64,000 bases of DNA from an uncultured Alphaproteobacteria bacterium (GCA_934273635.1 CAKQSV010000003.1:44975-108974), one strand, 5' to 3'; counted from the first letter of the stretch, positions 10,306 to 19,548 are shown. Translations and numbers: made by a program. Notes: a model not told the origin generated them from the letters alone.

Positions 10306-12111
10306 TTAAAAGAACAGGCTGCCTCTCAGCAAGGTTTCTTCTTCATCATGTCCGTGGTTGTCGTTATAACGGTATTGCAGGCTGACAGCCGTGTTTTTGC
10401 TCGGGCTGACGCTCAGTGCCGCTTTATATTTGATTTTATCGGCGTATTTCTGAGTGGCAAAAATTTTCTCAGCGCCAAGGTGGGCGCGCCAAGCCCCAAA
10501 ATCAGCATAGACACCGGTTTCTCCCCCTATTCCTGCCCAAGAGTTATGCGGCAGAAAACCGCCGTAGCCAAGATGATTGTTAATCATAACATAAGCCGTT
10601 ATGTTTTCCAACGGTTGGTACGCCGCGCCGCCGCCCGCCTGCAGGTTGAAAGCATAGCCCTCGTCCTCGTTTTCGGGGTTAAACTCACGGTCGATTGAGG
10701 CTTTGATATTGTATGATATGGGCTTAAACATAAAATCACGCGGTGACAGCGAGCTGATTCCGATAATATCAAGATTTTGCAACACTACACTGTGACGGGT
10801 ATCATAGCGGCGCGCCGTCAGGTTTAAGAAATTGATTTCCGCGCCTGACAACAATCCGTAACTATTGTCCAACAAGGAGGTATAAGCCGGACGAACGCTG
10901 ATTTGGGTAAAACCCGCGCCGTTGCGCCGCCCTACTCCCAAGCCGACAGCCGCGGAATCGTGCGACATCAGCGGATTTTTGCCGTGTTGCAACTCGGTCA
11001 GATTATCTTTGGTTTGCAGGCGATTGCGTTGGCGCAAAACCGCAAAACTTTGGCGGCGATAATCCGCAAGCTCTAATTTTTCGGCAATGTATTGGTATTG
11101 AACATACTGATACGCCGTTTCCAAGACACCGGCTTGCTGCTCCGGCGTAAGCTCGTCAAGTTGAAGTTCGCCACGGTCTACAAACCTGCGATAAGCCTGT
11201 TTTTGCGCTTTGGTCATCTGAGAATAGCGGTGTTTGATTTTGTTTTGGCGCGACGGGCGGTAGTTGATGTTTTTGACCAAATTCGGACGGCTGTTGACGG
11301 CTTTGAGCGTGTCTAAAGGAATCACATAAGACGGAAACTGCGCCGCCAATTTAAGTTCCGGTCGGACGGCATCAAAGGTCTCGAGCAACATATAAGAGCA
11401 GTTTTCGCTGAAAAAATAATAACGGGTTTTAGTGTGTCCAAGCTCCCATAAATGCGCCATAAGCATATCTAATTCTTCAGGTGAAAAATTAAGATTAAGC
11501 TCCCAAATGTCGCGGTTTTCAATGTTATTGTATTGGTTGATGATGTCATAATAAGGTTTGACGGTAAAACCGCCGTAATACCCGCCGGTCAAGCCGTAAA
11601 GCGCAAACAAAACGCCGTTTTGCTCGCCGGTAAACGCGCCATAATTCGCCCCGTGAGCCAAAAGTTGCGTTCCCTTGCGGGCGGTGTCTATGCGTAGCAA
11701 AGTGTGTCCGAACAATGACGCCGGATTATTCATATAAGCGTTGGTAAACAGTAGTGTCACGCCGGCGGGGCGGATATCGTGATAAAAACTTTCATATTCC
11801 GGACATTGCGGAAAAGCGCTACGCACCAATCCTTGCTTTTTGAGCCATTTGTATCGTGCCGGAAACAGGCATTTGCGCTGATTGTCTGTGCCGTTATCAA
11901 ATAAATCTATGGTTGCTCGCAGTTCGGCGGCGGCATCGGTTTTGCCTTGAGGACTAATAAAAAATTCGGGCGAATCAATCGAGCTTTCGGAATAGCCGAA
12001 CATTTGCGGCTGAAAATGGAGCAAAGCCAACCACTGCGGATTTTGCGACGTCTCTTGCGCCGAGGCGGCAAAACTGCATAAAAAACAGATTATAAAAATA
12101 ACAACAGGCAT
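10306..12111 (-). CDS. DUF4105-family (Lnb-like N-terminal domain) periplasmic/outer-membrane protein
   Basis: 601 aa with signal peptide. FGHTLLRI motif recalled as typical of DUF4105. Large C-terminal region. Confidence 0.5.
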   Translation of the reverse strand: MPVVIFIICFLCSFAASAQETSQNPQWLALLHFQPQMFGYSESSIDSPEFFISPQGKTDAAAELRATIDLFDNGTDNQRKCLFPARYKWLKKQGLVRSAFPQCPEYESFYHDIRPAGVTLLFTNAYMNNPASLFGHTLLRIDTARKGTQLLAHGANYGAFTGEQNGVLFALYGLTGGYYGGFTVKPYYDIINQYNNIENRDIWELNLNFSPEELDMLMAHLWELGHTKTRYYFFSENCSYMLLETFDAVRPELKLAAQFPSYVIPLDTLKAVNSRPNLVKNINYRPSRQNKIKHRYSQMTKAQKQAYRRFVDRGELQLDELTPEQQAGVLETAYQYVQYQYIAEKLELADYRRQSFAVLRQRNRLQTKDNLTELQHGKNPLMSHDSAAVGLGVGRRNGAGFTQISVRPAYTSLLDNSYGLLSGAEINFLNLTARRYDTRHSVVLQNLDIIGISSLSPRDFMFKPISYNIKASIDREFNPENEDEGYAFNLQAGGGAAYQPLENITAYVMINNHLGYGGFLPHNSWAGIGGETGVYADFGAWRAHLGAEKIFATQKYADKIKYKAALSVSPSKNTAVSLQYRYNDNHGHDEEETLLRGSLFF

Positions 12112-12118
12112 ATCTATA

Positions 12119-12158
12119 ATAAAAAAATATCCCCCTCCGCCTCAGCAGAGAGGGATAT
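12119..12158 (-). terminator. rho-independent terminator between the DUF3015-like gene and the DUF4105 gene
   Basis: ATATCCCCCTC...GAGAGGGATAT hairpin followed on the minus strand by T8. Confidence 0.55.
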
Positions 12159-12169
12159 TGCACAACTTT

Positions 12170-12619
12170 TTAGATTAAGGCCAAAAGGTTGGCGGTTACG
12201 TCAACGGCGTCAACATTTTCTGAGGGAAACAAAGAAGCAAAGTTGTTCTTTGAAATCTCACCCAACTTCTCGCTGTCAACATTTAAGATTCCGGCAAGAG
12301 TATCAATGGTTTCACCTTGTCCGGCAGAAGCGTCAAGCGCGAACTGCTCCATGTTGTTCTCCAGAAAAGCCAAAGCCATACGACCAGTACCGCCGCTGAT
12401 ACGTCCCTGAGGGTCGCAACCTGAAGTGCCAGAAGAAATACCAAATGTTTGGTTGAAAGAAATTCCGTTGGTGGTGACGGCCAAAATCTGCGGAATCGGG
12501 CCTTTTTGTCCGCGCCATGCCATAGAACCCAAGCCGCAACCTGTGCTGTCAACGGCGTGCGCGTCAGCAGAAAACAGCGCAACAGCCAATGCAAACATTG
12601 CTAAATACAGTTTTTTCAA
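12170..12619 (-). CDS. small secreted protein, DUF3015-like (TTG start)
   Basis: AAGGAG RBS 8 nt before TTG. The product starts MKKLYLAMFALAVALFSADAHA (signal peptide), then GCGLGS...GTSGCDP motifs recalled from DUF3015. Confidence 0.5.
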   Translation of the reverse strand: MKKLYLAMFALAVALFSADAHAVDSTGCGLGSMAWRGQKGPIPQILAVTTNGISFNQTFGISSGTSGCDPQGRISGGTGRMALAFLENNMEQFALDASAGQGETIDTLAGILNVDSEKLGEISKNNFASLFPSENVDAVDVTANLLALI

Positions 12620-12729
12620 ATTTTTTCTCCTTATAAAAAAATTTATCATTAGAAGATTAACATTGCGAAAATGTTTGTAAAGCAATTTGCTGATTTTGTG
12701 CAGTGATATTTAATTTTGTGCAAAAAGGC

Positions 12730-12757
12730 TTGCAGTATCGTTTTTTTGTGCTATATT
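12730..12757 (+). promoter_or_regulatory. candidate sigma-70 promoter for greA (TTGCAG-16-TATATT)
   Basis: Good -35/-10 match about 90 nt upstream of the greA start. Confidence 0.35.
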
Positions 12758-12849
12758 AGTTCTATTGTCATTAATATTAGCAGGCTGTGAGTAGATTGTG
12801 TGTCTTTCGCAGTCTAATTTTTTCTAACTTTTTTATTGGAGTTGTTAAG

Positions 12850-13323
12850 ATGGATAAGTTCCCTGTCACTAAAACCGGTTTTGCAGAATTGGAAGCCGAG
12901 CTGAAAAGACTCAAAGGCGTTGACAGACCTAATATTATCGCGGCTATCGCCGAGGCTCGTTCTCATGGCGACCTTTCGGAAAATGCTGAATATTCCGCCG
13001 CTAAAGAAAAACAAAGCTTTATTGAAGGTCGTATTCAGGAGTTGGAAGTTGTGGTTAGTCGCGCGCAGGTGATTGATCCGTCGCAAATCAAAGGCAACAT
13101 CGTGCGCTTTGGCGCAACTGTGGTTGTGACCGATGAGGATAATGACGAAGAACAAACATATCAGATTGTGGGCGATTATGAAGCCGACATCAAACGCAAC
13201 AAAATTTCTTTGTCTTCGCCTTTGGCTAAAGCGCTTATCGGCAAGGAACTCGGCGACGAGGTTGAATACACCGCTCCGGGTGGCAAAAAGACCTTTGATA
13301 TCGTTGATGTTATTTATAAATAA
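12850..13323 (+). CDS. greA: transcription elongation factor GreA
   Basis: MDKFPVTKTGFAELEAELKRLK...SENAEYSAAKE... is canonical GreA. GGAG RBS. Confidence 0.9.
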   Translation: MDKFPVTKTGFAELEAELKRLKGVDRPNIIAAIAEARSHGDLSENAEYSAAKEKQSFIEGRIQELEVVVSRAQVIDPSQIKGNIVRFGATVVVTDEDNDEEQTYQIVGDYEADIKRNKISLSSPLAKALIGKELGDEVEYTAPGGKKTFDIVDVIYK

Positions 13324-13330
13324 TTTTTTA

Positions 13331-13364
13331 ACCCTCGCCTCTGCCGCGGGGGTTATTTTTTTTG
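13331..13364 (+). terminator. rho-independent terminator after greA
   Basis: CCCTCGC/GCGGGGG hairpin plus T9. Confidence 0.55.
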
Positions 13365-13385
13365 TATCAATAATTTTTCCTTAAC

Positions 13386-13621
13386 CTTGCCTCTTTGAAT
13401 TTTTAGAGAGGCAAGATTGCTCTGTAAATGCGATAGCATTTGCGCTTAGCAATCTGGTGAGTTTAAAGTTATGTTCGTATTTTTAATTGACCGCACTCAA
13501 CTTGAAGTCCTTCCTTTATTTTAAACTCACCCTTGCTCGCAAGCTCGCTTTCCCTCTCTAATAATTTAGAGAGGGAATAAGCGGCTACTTTACACTTGGA
13601 TCGCCACAGCCGCAAGCGGCT
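13386..13621. repeat. cluster of nested inverted repeats and hairpins in a 300-bp intergenic region
   Basis: Hairpin A 13386-13415 (CTTGCCTCT/AGAGGCAAG). Hairpin B 13416-13454 (GATTGCT/AGCAATC, with inner AAATGC-GATA-GCATTT). 12-bp perfect IR GGTGAGTTTAAA/TTTAAACTCACC at 13456-13467 and 13520-13531. Hairpin D 13550-13577 (TTCCCTCTCT/AGAGAGGGAA). Palindrome AGCCGCAAGCGGCT at 13608-13621. Confidence 0.5.
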
Positions 13622-13659
13622 TCGCAATGACGTCTCTGGGGGAACGTGCCCTTGCCGCT

Positions 13660-15168
13660 CTAAAAATCCAGTGGGGATCCGTATAACCTGAAAGACAACA
13701 TGGGGTGGTAGCGTAAATCGCCAGTACCACTGGCATATATTGAACCTGTCCCATCTCCTGCAAACGCAAGAACTGTAAAGCCTTGAGAATAATACTCTGT
13801 TGAAGTACGAAAATATCCGCTTTTAAACCTGTCTCCTTGTGTACTACGGGTTAGGTTGTATAATACTTGCCGATAATCATAAATTTGTTTAATCTCGCCG
13901 CCAGCATAAATATACCACTCACCTTTTTTGCACACTTCCGAACAACCGGAAACCTCAAAATCAAGCATGCTCTTAAACACCGGATATTGATAGTAATAGC
14001 TTGGCTCTAATGTTTTGTTTTTTTCGCGGGCATACGCCACCAAAAAATTGGTATTATATTTGCCATCTATATCTTGAATCATTGCACTACCCGGAAGATC
14101 AGGCAAAGGTGAGCTTTCCGAGCTATGAGTGCCGGCTTTTTCTTCTCCTGACACACTAGATAAATTAATAATTCGCACTTTATCGGAAGACGATGTCGGC
14201 AGGTGTGTGATAATTCCCACCTTAACGCCACCAATAACTGCATCGTCCCCTACTTGGCACTTGGCTGTTGTCTGTTTGCAACTCCACTCATTAAAGCTAA
14301 ACGTTCCCAAACTCTCCGGCAAGTTCTCGGTTCTGACCGTTTTTTTACAACTGCTAAAGTGACATTTCTTGGTGCAGGCTGAATTTATCAGTTGATAATC
14401 ATTGGTTTTGCCACAAACCTCATCCCCGACCGGCGTGCCATCCGCCTTGTTTTCCGCATAGCGATAATAGGTGTTGCCGCCAACCAAACATTGCAAAGTG
14501 CCGCCGCGGTTTTCATATATGTTGGGATTGCTGAGATAAGGATAATCCCATGGGTCACAGGCGCTAAGCTCACAAGCGCCATTATGCCAATTCCACCCAT
14601 CATGACACTCTTTATAACCAAATACCTCGCCTTGGCTGTCTATACAATTTAGAACCGTTCCGGCAAAGTTTCCGGGGTGTTTGGTATATGGATACTTGTT
14701 GGCACGATCACACCCTTTGTCGCAAATGTCATTTTGATAGGTACTGGTGTTTTTGCACTGCTTAATCTTATAATACCAAACCGGTTTTAACGTATCTCCC
14801 TCTTGAGTATACCCCGCCAAGCAACCAAGCACACCGCCGGAATCTTTTTGTTGGGGCGTGAAACCGCCACCGAGGTGATCTATAACCGTTTTGCCGTCTG
14901 ATGTGGTTTGAGATAAATCACTTTCACTTAAGGGATAACCGCGGCAACTCTCGACCATACACAGCACTTTTTTGGAGCCGCTGTTCGCAAACGGACACAC
15001 AACTGGCACCACGCCTTTGGCAATACATTTGTCATAATCAACCGTATAACCCAAACTCTCGCAACTGGTGTTGCTCGGGGTCGAGGATGGCGTCAGCGCA
15101 TGAGAGAGCGACGAACTCAACAGCAACATTGCACTACCGGATGCTATAATCTTATTTGCTTTTGTCAT
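13660..15168 (-). CDS. secreted Cys-rich protein B (502 aa), paralog of the upstream 904-aa protein
   Basis: AGGAGG RBS. Signal peptide. 22 Cys. Shares the C-x-SLGY N-terminal motif and the CD(R/K)xx(F/Y)PY...PG..AGT(L/V)..C...GYK module with the 904-aa protein. Confidence 0.7.
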   Translation of the reverse strand: MTKANKIIASGSAMLLLSSSLSHALTPSSTPSNTSCESLGYTVDYDKCIAKGVVPVVCPFANSGSKKVLCMVESCRGYPLSESDLSQTTSDGKTVIDHLGGGFTPQQKDSGGVLGCLAGYTQEGDTLKPVWYYKIKQCKNTSTYQNDICDKGCDRANKYPYTKHPGNFAGTVLNCIDSQGEVFGYKECHDGWNWHNGACELSACDPWDYPYLSNPNIYENRGGTLQCLVGGNTYYRYAENKADGTPVGDEVCGKTNDYQLINSACTKKCHFSSCKKTVRTENLPESLGTFSFNEWSCKQTTAKCQVGDDAVIGGVKVGIITHLPTSSSDKVRIINLSSVSGEEKAGTHSSESSPLPDLPGSAMIQDIDGKYNTNFLVAYAREKNKTLEPSYYYQYPVFKSMLDFEVSGCSEVCKKGEWYIYAGGEIKQIYDYRQVLYNLTRSTQGDRFKSGYFRTSTEYYSQGFTVLAFAGDGTGSIYASGTGDLRYHPMLSFRLYGSPLDF

Positions 15169-15181
15169 TATTCCGCCTCCT

Positions 15182-17896
15182 CTAATATGTAATATTCAAA
15201 ACAGGTATAACACTTACTTTAGCTGTACGGAGTAATAATCGATCAGAATCGCCAAATCTCCTTTGATACGCTCTGTTGCCATCTTCTGACAGGTCATCAA
15301 TCCAAGTCGTTGATGCGCCGGATATAGATTCAGCACAAATTACACCCAGATACTGGTATTCTCTACTTTTATCTCCTGGGGTCATTTCTCTTGGTGGCAT
15401 AAACCATTTACCTTTACCAACTTTAGAATTACTTTCCAAACCCTCAGGCGCATAGTTTGCGGCATAGGTTTTGGCCTCATCCCATGTAAGTGAGCCTTTG
15501 GCAGCACCAGCAATTAGAAGCTCTTTACCAGATTTTCCGAATACCACACCGACTTGCGTCGAACCGGAATAGAGCACATCAGTCGGCGCACATTTGCTCA
15601 AATCTGACATATAGCAATATTTGTAGCAGATACCATAACCACAACCACCATGTTTGAAACCTGTCGGACAGGTTGATATTCCGGGGAAAATATACCCATT
15701 TCTACAAGTGTTAATTTCAATAATCATTTTATCTGTCCTGATGTGATAGAGCCCATCCGAGCCCTTGACCACACTTGCCACATGACGACATTTGTTGCAC
15801 GCGGCTTCTATGCCCTCATTGCAACCCTCGGGCACCAATGCGCAAACTGCGTCATCCCCAAGTTTTTTGCCATCCTGCGACAAACAATGCGTATATTTAT
15901 GCACACAATAACTATCCGCCGAAGTGCGCGGTTCTGATTTTGCCGAAACCGTTGCAAAACCATTATCACTTAAAAAATAATTGAGCATATAAATCCCTGG
16001 ATAATATCCATAATAAGTTGTATACCCCGTCGGTCCCTCGATCAAGCACATACCTTTGGTCACACCATAGGTTCCCAGATAGCGCCCCATGTAGCACATG
16101 GTGTAGCCATAATATGAACCGTCGGCGTCGGTGCAAGATGTTGACTTGCCATAATATCCGGCGTTAAAACCCGTATTGGCGTAATTATTTGAAATGTCAC
16201 CATTGGTGTTATAAAACGTCGCGGTGGTAAACGGCAGATAATAATCTCGACCGCCCTCGCCATTGCGCGCACAAACACAACGCCGATTGTTGTTCGGATC
16301 GACAATCCACAACTCGCCTTTACTAACATCATCGTTGCATTTGCTATAACCAAAATACGCTTTATACCCTAAAGACTCACTACTGTCCGCCTCATAACAG
16401 GTCTCTAAAGTGCCGGCATCTTCTCCCGGGTTTTGCGCATAAGGAAAACGGGTTTTATCGCAAACGTTCTCAACACACTTATGAGTTGTGTTATCCATAC
16501 GATAACCGCGATTACAACATTTTTCGGTGTCGCCTTTGTTTTGGTTGTCGTCCAAATTAACCCAACCACTACCGGTAAATTTGCCCTCGCTCCAGCCTTT
16601 GTTACAATCATCATGTTGATATTTACAACGCACACCTTGCGACAAATCGGCGCAAAACTCAACCTTGGCGCCCTTGTTTTTGAGTGTGTTAATATCCGTC
16701 GAGCCTGAGGCTAAAGCGCTCTGTTCCACGCACGCAGACGTGCCGACATCGTAACCGGTGCAATATTTGCTATCATTGCACCAGACCTTACTGCTGTCGG
16801 TCGGACAACGCACGATAATATTATTGTTGTAGCAATCGGCATCGCTCTTGGTATAGCCCTGCGCGTCACACTCGTTTAAGGCCGTATCTGAGATGCTGCC
16901 GCTGTTGGCGCCCGACAACGCATAGCCGCGACACAGGTAGCCGTTGAGCTCTTCGCTTGTGGGTTTTAAGGTTGCACCCTCCGGCTCATACAAACAATGC
17001 CAGGTCGCGCCGTATAAATATTCATCTAAGTTGGTCTCGGAGGTTTTGGTACAGCCGCTTTCACAGTTGGAATCCGTGGTGAGAATACTGCCGTTCAGTT
17101 CGCAATAATATGACGAATTTATCAGCATGGATTTACTGCAGACCGTGTCAAAGTGCGAGGCGCAGGTGCATGAGGCATATTTGGGAACACTCTTGCCACC
17201 CTCCCACACGTTGCACGCCGTGCCCATGCCGATAGTATGGGTGTTGCCGGTGCCGCACTCGACATAACTGTTGGGACAGCAACCACTATAATAAGTTTCT
17301 ATTTTTTTGGTTTTCGGCTCATAGGCGCGGCAGGTGTTGGAGACATTAAAAGAACCCTTGTTGCCGCAACTTTCCTGATAATCGCCGTTTTGATTTTGGA
17401 TGGTGCTGTACGGATAGCGGCTACGGTCGCAGGAACAGCGATATTTCAATCCGCCCTCGGCAAAATAGCAACTGTCGGATACTTGCGCCGTGGAATTGTT
17501 GTCACAGGCATCAGTACTGGTTGCCGTGTAGACTTTAGCGTTGCAGCAACCGGAGGTATAGGCACTCGCCCCTTCGCGATTGACATCCTTGGAGCAAAGA
17601 TAAGACGGTTTAAGGTCGCCGGTGCACGCCGAGACCGGAATTGCATACCCAAGCGAGGCGCATTGCGTCCGAACGTCTATCTCCCCCTTGCCAAAGTCAA
17701 GTTTGGTATCATCCGTCAAAAAACTCACACTTGCATATTTAGGATAAGGAGAAGTTGTAGGTTTTGACCTAGTTGTAAGGTTGGGTTTGATTTGATCTAC
17801 GAGGTTGGCGCCTGATGATGATATAAGCCCCGCACTGACATTAAGCGTTGTTGCACACAACAAAATAAGTATGCCAAAACAAAAGCGCATATTCAT
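15182..17896 (-). CDS. secreted Cys/Tyr/Gly-rich protein A (904 aa)
   Basis: Signal peptide MNMRFCFGILILLCATTLNVSA. About 58 Cys. Repeated CDxxR(Y/F)PY modules. The stop lies 13 nt before the start of protein B, consistent with an operon. Confidence 0.7.
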   Translation of the reverse strand: MNMRFCFGILILLCATTLNVSAGLISSSGANLVDQIKPNLTTRSKPTTSPYPKYASVSFLTDDTKLDFGKGEIDVRTQCASLGYAIPVSACTGDLKPSYLCSKDVNREGASAYTSGCCNAKVYTATSTDACDNNSTAQVSDSCYFAEGGLKYRCSCDRSRYPYSTIQNQNGDYQESCGNKGSFNVSNTCRAYEPKTKKIETYYSGCCPNSYVECGTGNTHTIGMGTACNVWEGGKSVPKYASCTCASHFDTVCSKSMLINSSYYCELNGSILTTDSNCESGCTKTSETNLDEYLYGATWHCLYEPEGATLKPTSEELNGYLCRGYALSGANSGSISDTALNECDAQGYTKSDADCYNNNIIVRCPTDSSKVWCNDSKYCTGYDVGTSACVEQSALASGSTDINTLKNKGAKVEFCADLSQGVRCKYQHDDCNKGWSEGKFTGSGWVNLDDNQNKGDTEKCCNRGYRMDNTTHKCVENVCDKTRFPYAQNPGEDAGTLETCYEADSSESLGYKAYFGYSKCNDDVSKGELWIVDPNNNRRCVCARNGEGGRDYYLPFTTATFYNTNGDISNNYANTGFNAGYYGKSTSCTDADGSYYGYTMCYMGRYLGTYGVTKGMCLIEGPTGYTTYYGYYPGIYMLNYFLSDNGFATVSAKSEPRTSADSYCVHKYTHCLSQDGKKLGDDAVCALVPEGCNEGIEAACNKCRHVASVVKGSDGLYHIRTDKMIIEINTCRNGYIFPGISTCPTGFKHGGCGYGICYKYCYMSDLSKCAPTDVLYSGSTQVGVVFGKSGKELLIAGAAKGSLTWDEAKTYAANYAPEGLESNSKVGKGKWFMPPREMTPGDKSREYQYLGVICAESISGASTTWIDDLSEDGNRAYQRRFGDSDRLLLRTAKVSVIPVLNITY

Positions 17897-18070
17897 AAGA
17901 CACCTCTTGTATAAAACTAAATCAAAACCTACGATTCTAACTTATCACAAAAAATCAAATTGCACAACAACTTTTTAACCTCATACTTTTTTCTGTCTAT
18001 TACTCTCACTCTTGGAAGTCGGCTTTTTATTCTTATATTCTTGGTGACAAATAATATTATGGAGGATAAA

Positions 18071-18313
18071 ATGTCTGAAAACAAAAGTAGAGTTTGCTGT
18101 TTTTATGATTATGCCGACAAATGTGACTGCGCCGAAGATGATCGTTGCGGTTGCAATTATCCCAACAACACAGACTGTTCATATAAATGTGTGAAGTCTG
18201 ACAAAACGCTAAAATCACCCGAACAGCCTCTTGAGATTAAACCAAACACTGTCTGCTTTTGCAGTCCGAAAGATTGTGATTGTAGCGGCAATCAGAAAAT
18301 TGCGGAAAAATAA
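18071..18313 (+). CDS. small (80 aa) cytoplasmic Cys-rich protein, CxC-repeat, metallothionein-like
   Basis: GGAGG RBS 5 nt before ATG. MSENKSRVCCFYDYADKCDCAEDDRCGCN...CFCSPKDCDCSGN. 12 Cys. The stop lies 2 nt before the trxB ATG. Confidence 0.6.
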   Translation: MSENKSRVCCFYDYADKCDCAEDDRCGCNYPNNTDCSYKCVKSDKTLKSPEQPLEIKPNTVCFCSPKDCDCSGNQKIAEK

Positions 18314-18315
18314 AT

Positions 18316-19257
18316 ATGGCTGAATATAAAACTAAAATCTTGATTATCGGCTCGGGACCGGCCGGATACTGTGCGGGAATTTATGCCGCGCGCGCCGGAC
18401 TTGAGCCGATTATTGTGACCGGACAACAAACCGGCGGGCAACTCACCATGACTTCTGAAATTGAGAATTACCCTGGGTTCGCTCAGCCGATTAGCGGCGC
18501 CGAACTGGTGGAAAATATGCGCAAACAATGCCTGGCTACCGGTTGTCTGATTGTTGACGACACGGTGACTGAAGTTGACTTCGCGCACCGACCGTTTGTT
18601 TTGAGCTCTGAGAAACACAATCAATTTTGCGGCGACAGCGTGATTATTGCTACCGGCGCGTCAGCGCGTTGGCTAAATGTTAAAGGTGAAGAAAAGTTTC
18701 GCGGTTGGGGTGTTTCGGCATGTGCCACATGTGACGGTTTTTTCTATCGCGGCAAACGGGTGGCTGTGGTCGGTGGCGGCAACACCGCGGCGGAAGAGGC
18801 TTTATATTTGGCGGGGTTGGCATCGCAGGTTTTGTTAATTCACCGTCGAGACGCTTTGCGCGCCGATAAGATTTTACAAGAACGTTTGATGAAAAATCCT
18901 CGGATTAATCTGATTTGGGACAGCGTGGTGGAAGAGGTTTCGGGCTCGGAGAATCCGCTCAGCCTTAATACCGTACGCGTGAAAAACGTAAAAGACGACT
19001 CTGAGGCGATTTTGAACGTAGACGGCTTGTTCGTGGCTATCGGACACACGCCGAACACCGCTATTTTTAAGGGGCAGTTAAAGTTGGATGAGCAAGGTTA
19101 CATCATCACCGCCGCAGGCTCTTGCAAAACCAGTGTGAGCGGGGTGTTTGCCGCCGGAGACGTGGTGGCGGGCAACCACAAACAAGCCATTATTGCCGCC
19201 GGAAACGGTTGTCAAGCGATGTTGGAAGCTGAAAAATATCTTGCAGAAATGCAATAA
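18316..19257 (+). CDS. trxB: thioredoxin reductase
   Basis: GSGPAGY FAD motif and CATC redox-active disulfide. Confidence 0.93.
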   Translation: MAEYKTKILIIGSGPAGYCAGIYAARAGLEPIIVTGQQTGGQLTMTSEIENYPGFAQPISGAELVENMRKQCLATGCLIVDDTVTEVDFAHRPFVLSSEKHNQFCGDSVIIATGASARWLNVKGEEKFRGWGVSACATCDGFFYRGKRVAVVGGGNTAAEEALYLAGLASQVLLIHRRDALRADKILQERLMKNPRINLIWDSVVEEVSGSENPLSLNTVRVKNVKDDSEAILNVDGLFVAIGHTPNTAIFKGQLKLDEQGYIITAAGSCKTSVSGVFAAGDVVAGNHKQAIIAAGNGCQAMLEAEKYLAEMQ

Positions 19258-19303
19258 TCAGGCTATACCACACCAGTAATAATTTGTTTTAAGGAGAATA
19301 CTT

Positions 19304-19501
19304 ATGGTGGAAGAAAAATGTTCTTGTGGCTGCGATTGTGATTGCGGTTGTGACTGCGAATGCTGCTGCAATACCGACAAAGAAATCGCGTTTGAATTGT
19401 GCCGCACTTTGATTGAGGGTCGCACCTATACCGCCGATGCGGTTGCCGAAGCCTACAAAAAGATTTTTGAGGCTGTTAAAAGCTGCAAGTCTGAGGACTA
19501 A
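19304..19501 (+). CDS. small (65 aa) Cys-rich protein, metallothionein-like N-terminus plus helical tail
   Basis: AAGGAG RBS. MVEEKCSCGCDCDCGCDCECCC... 12 Cys. A strong terminator follows. Confidence 0.6.
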   Translation: MVEEKCSCGCDCDCGCDCECCCNTDKEIAFELCRTLIEGRTYTADAVAEAYKKIFEAVKSCKSED

Positions 19502-19515
19502 TTTGTTATTTTCAG

Positions 19516-19548
19516 GAGACTTCCAATCAGGAAGTCTCTCTTTTTTTG
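19516..19548 (+). terminator. rho-independent terminator closing the cys-trxB-cys operon
   Basis: Perfect 9-bp stem GAGACTTCC/GGAAGTCTC, loop AATCA, then T7. Confidence 0.65.

Noticed and set aside
12598-12685. Longer N-terminus (MLYKHFRNVNLL…) for the DUF3015-like protein
   Set aside because: A perfect AAGGAG-8nt-TTG start yields a classical MKK… signal peptide. The upstream extension overlaps the promoter region.
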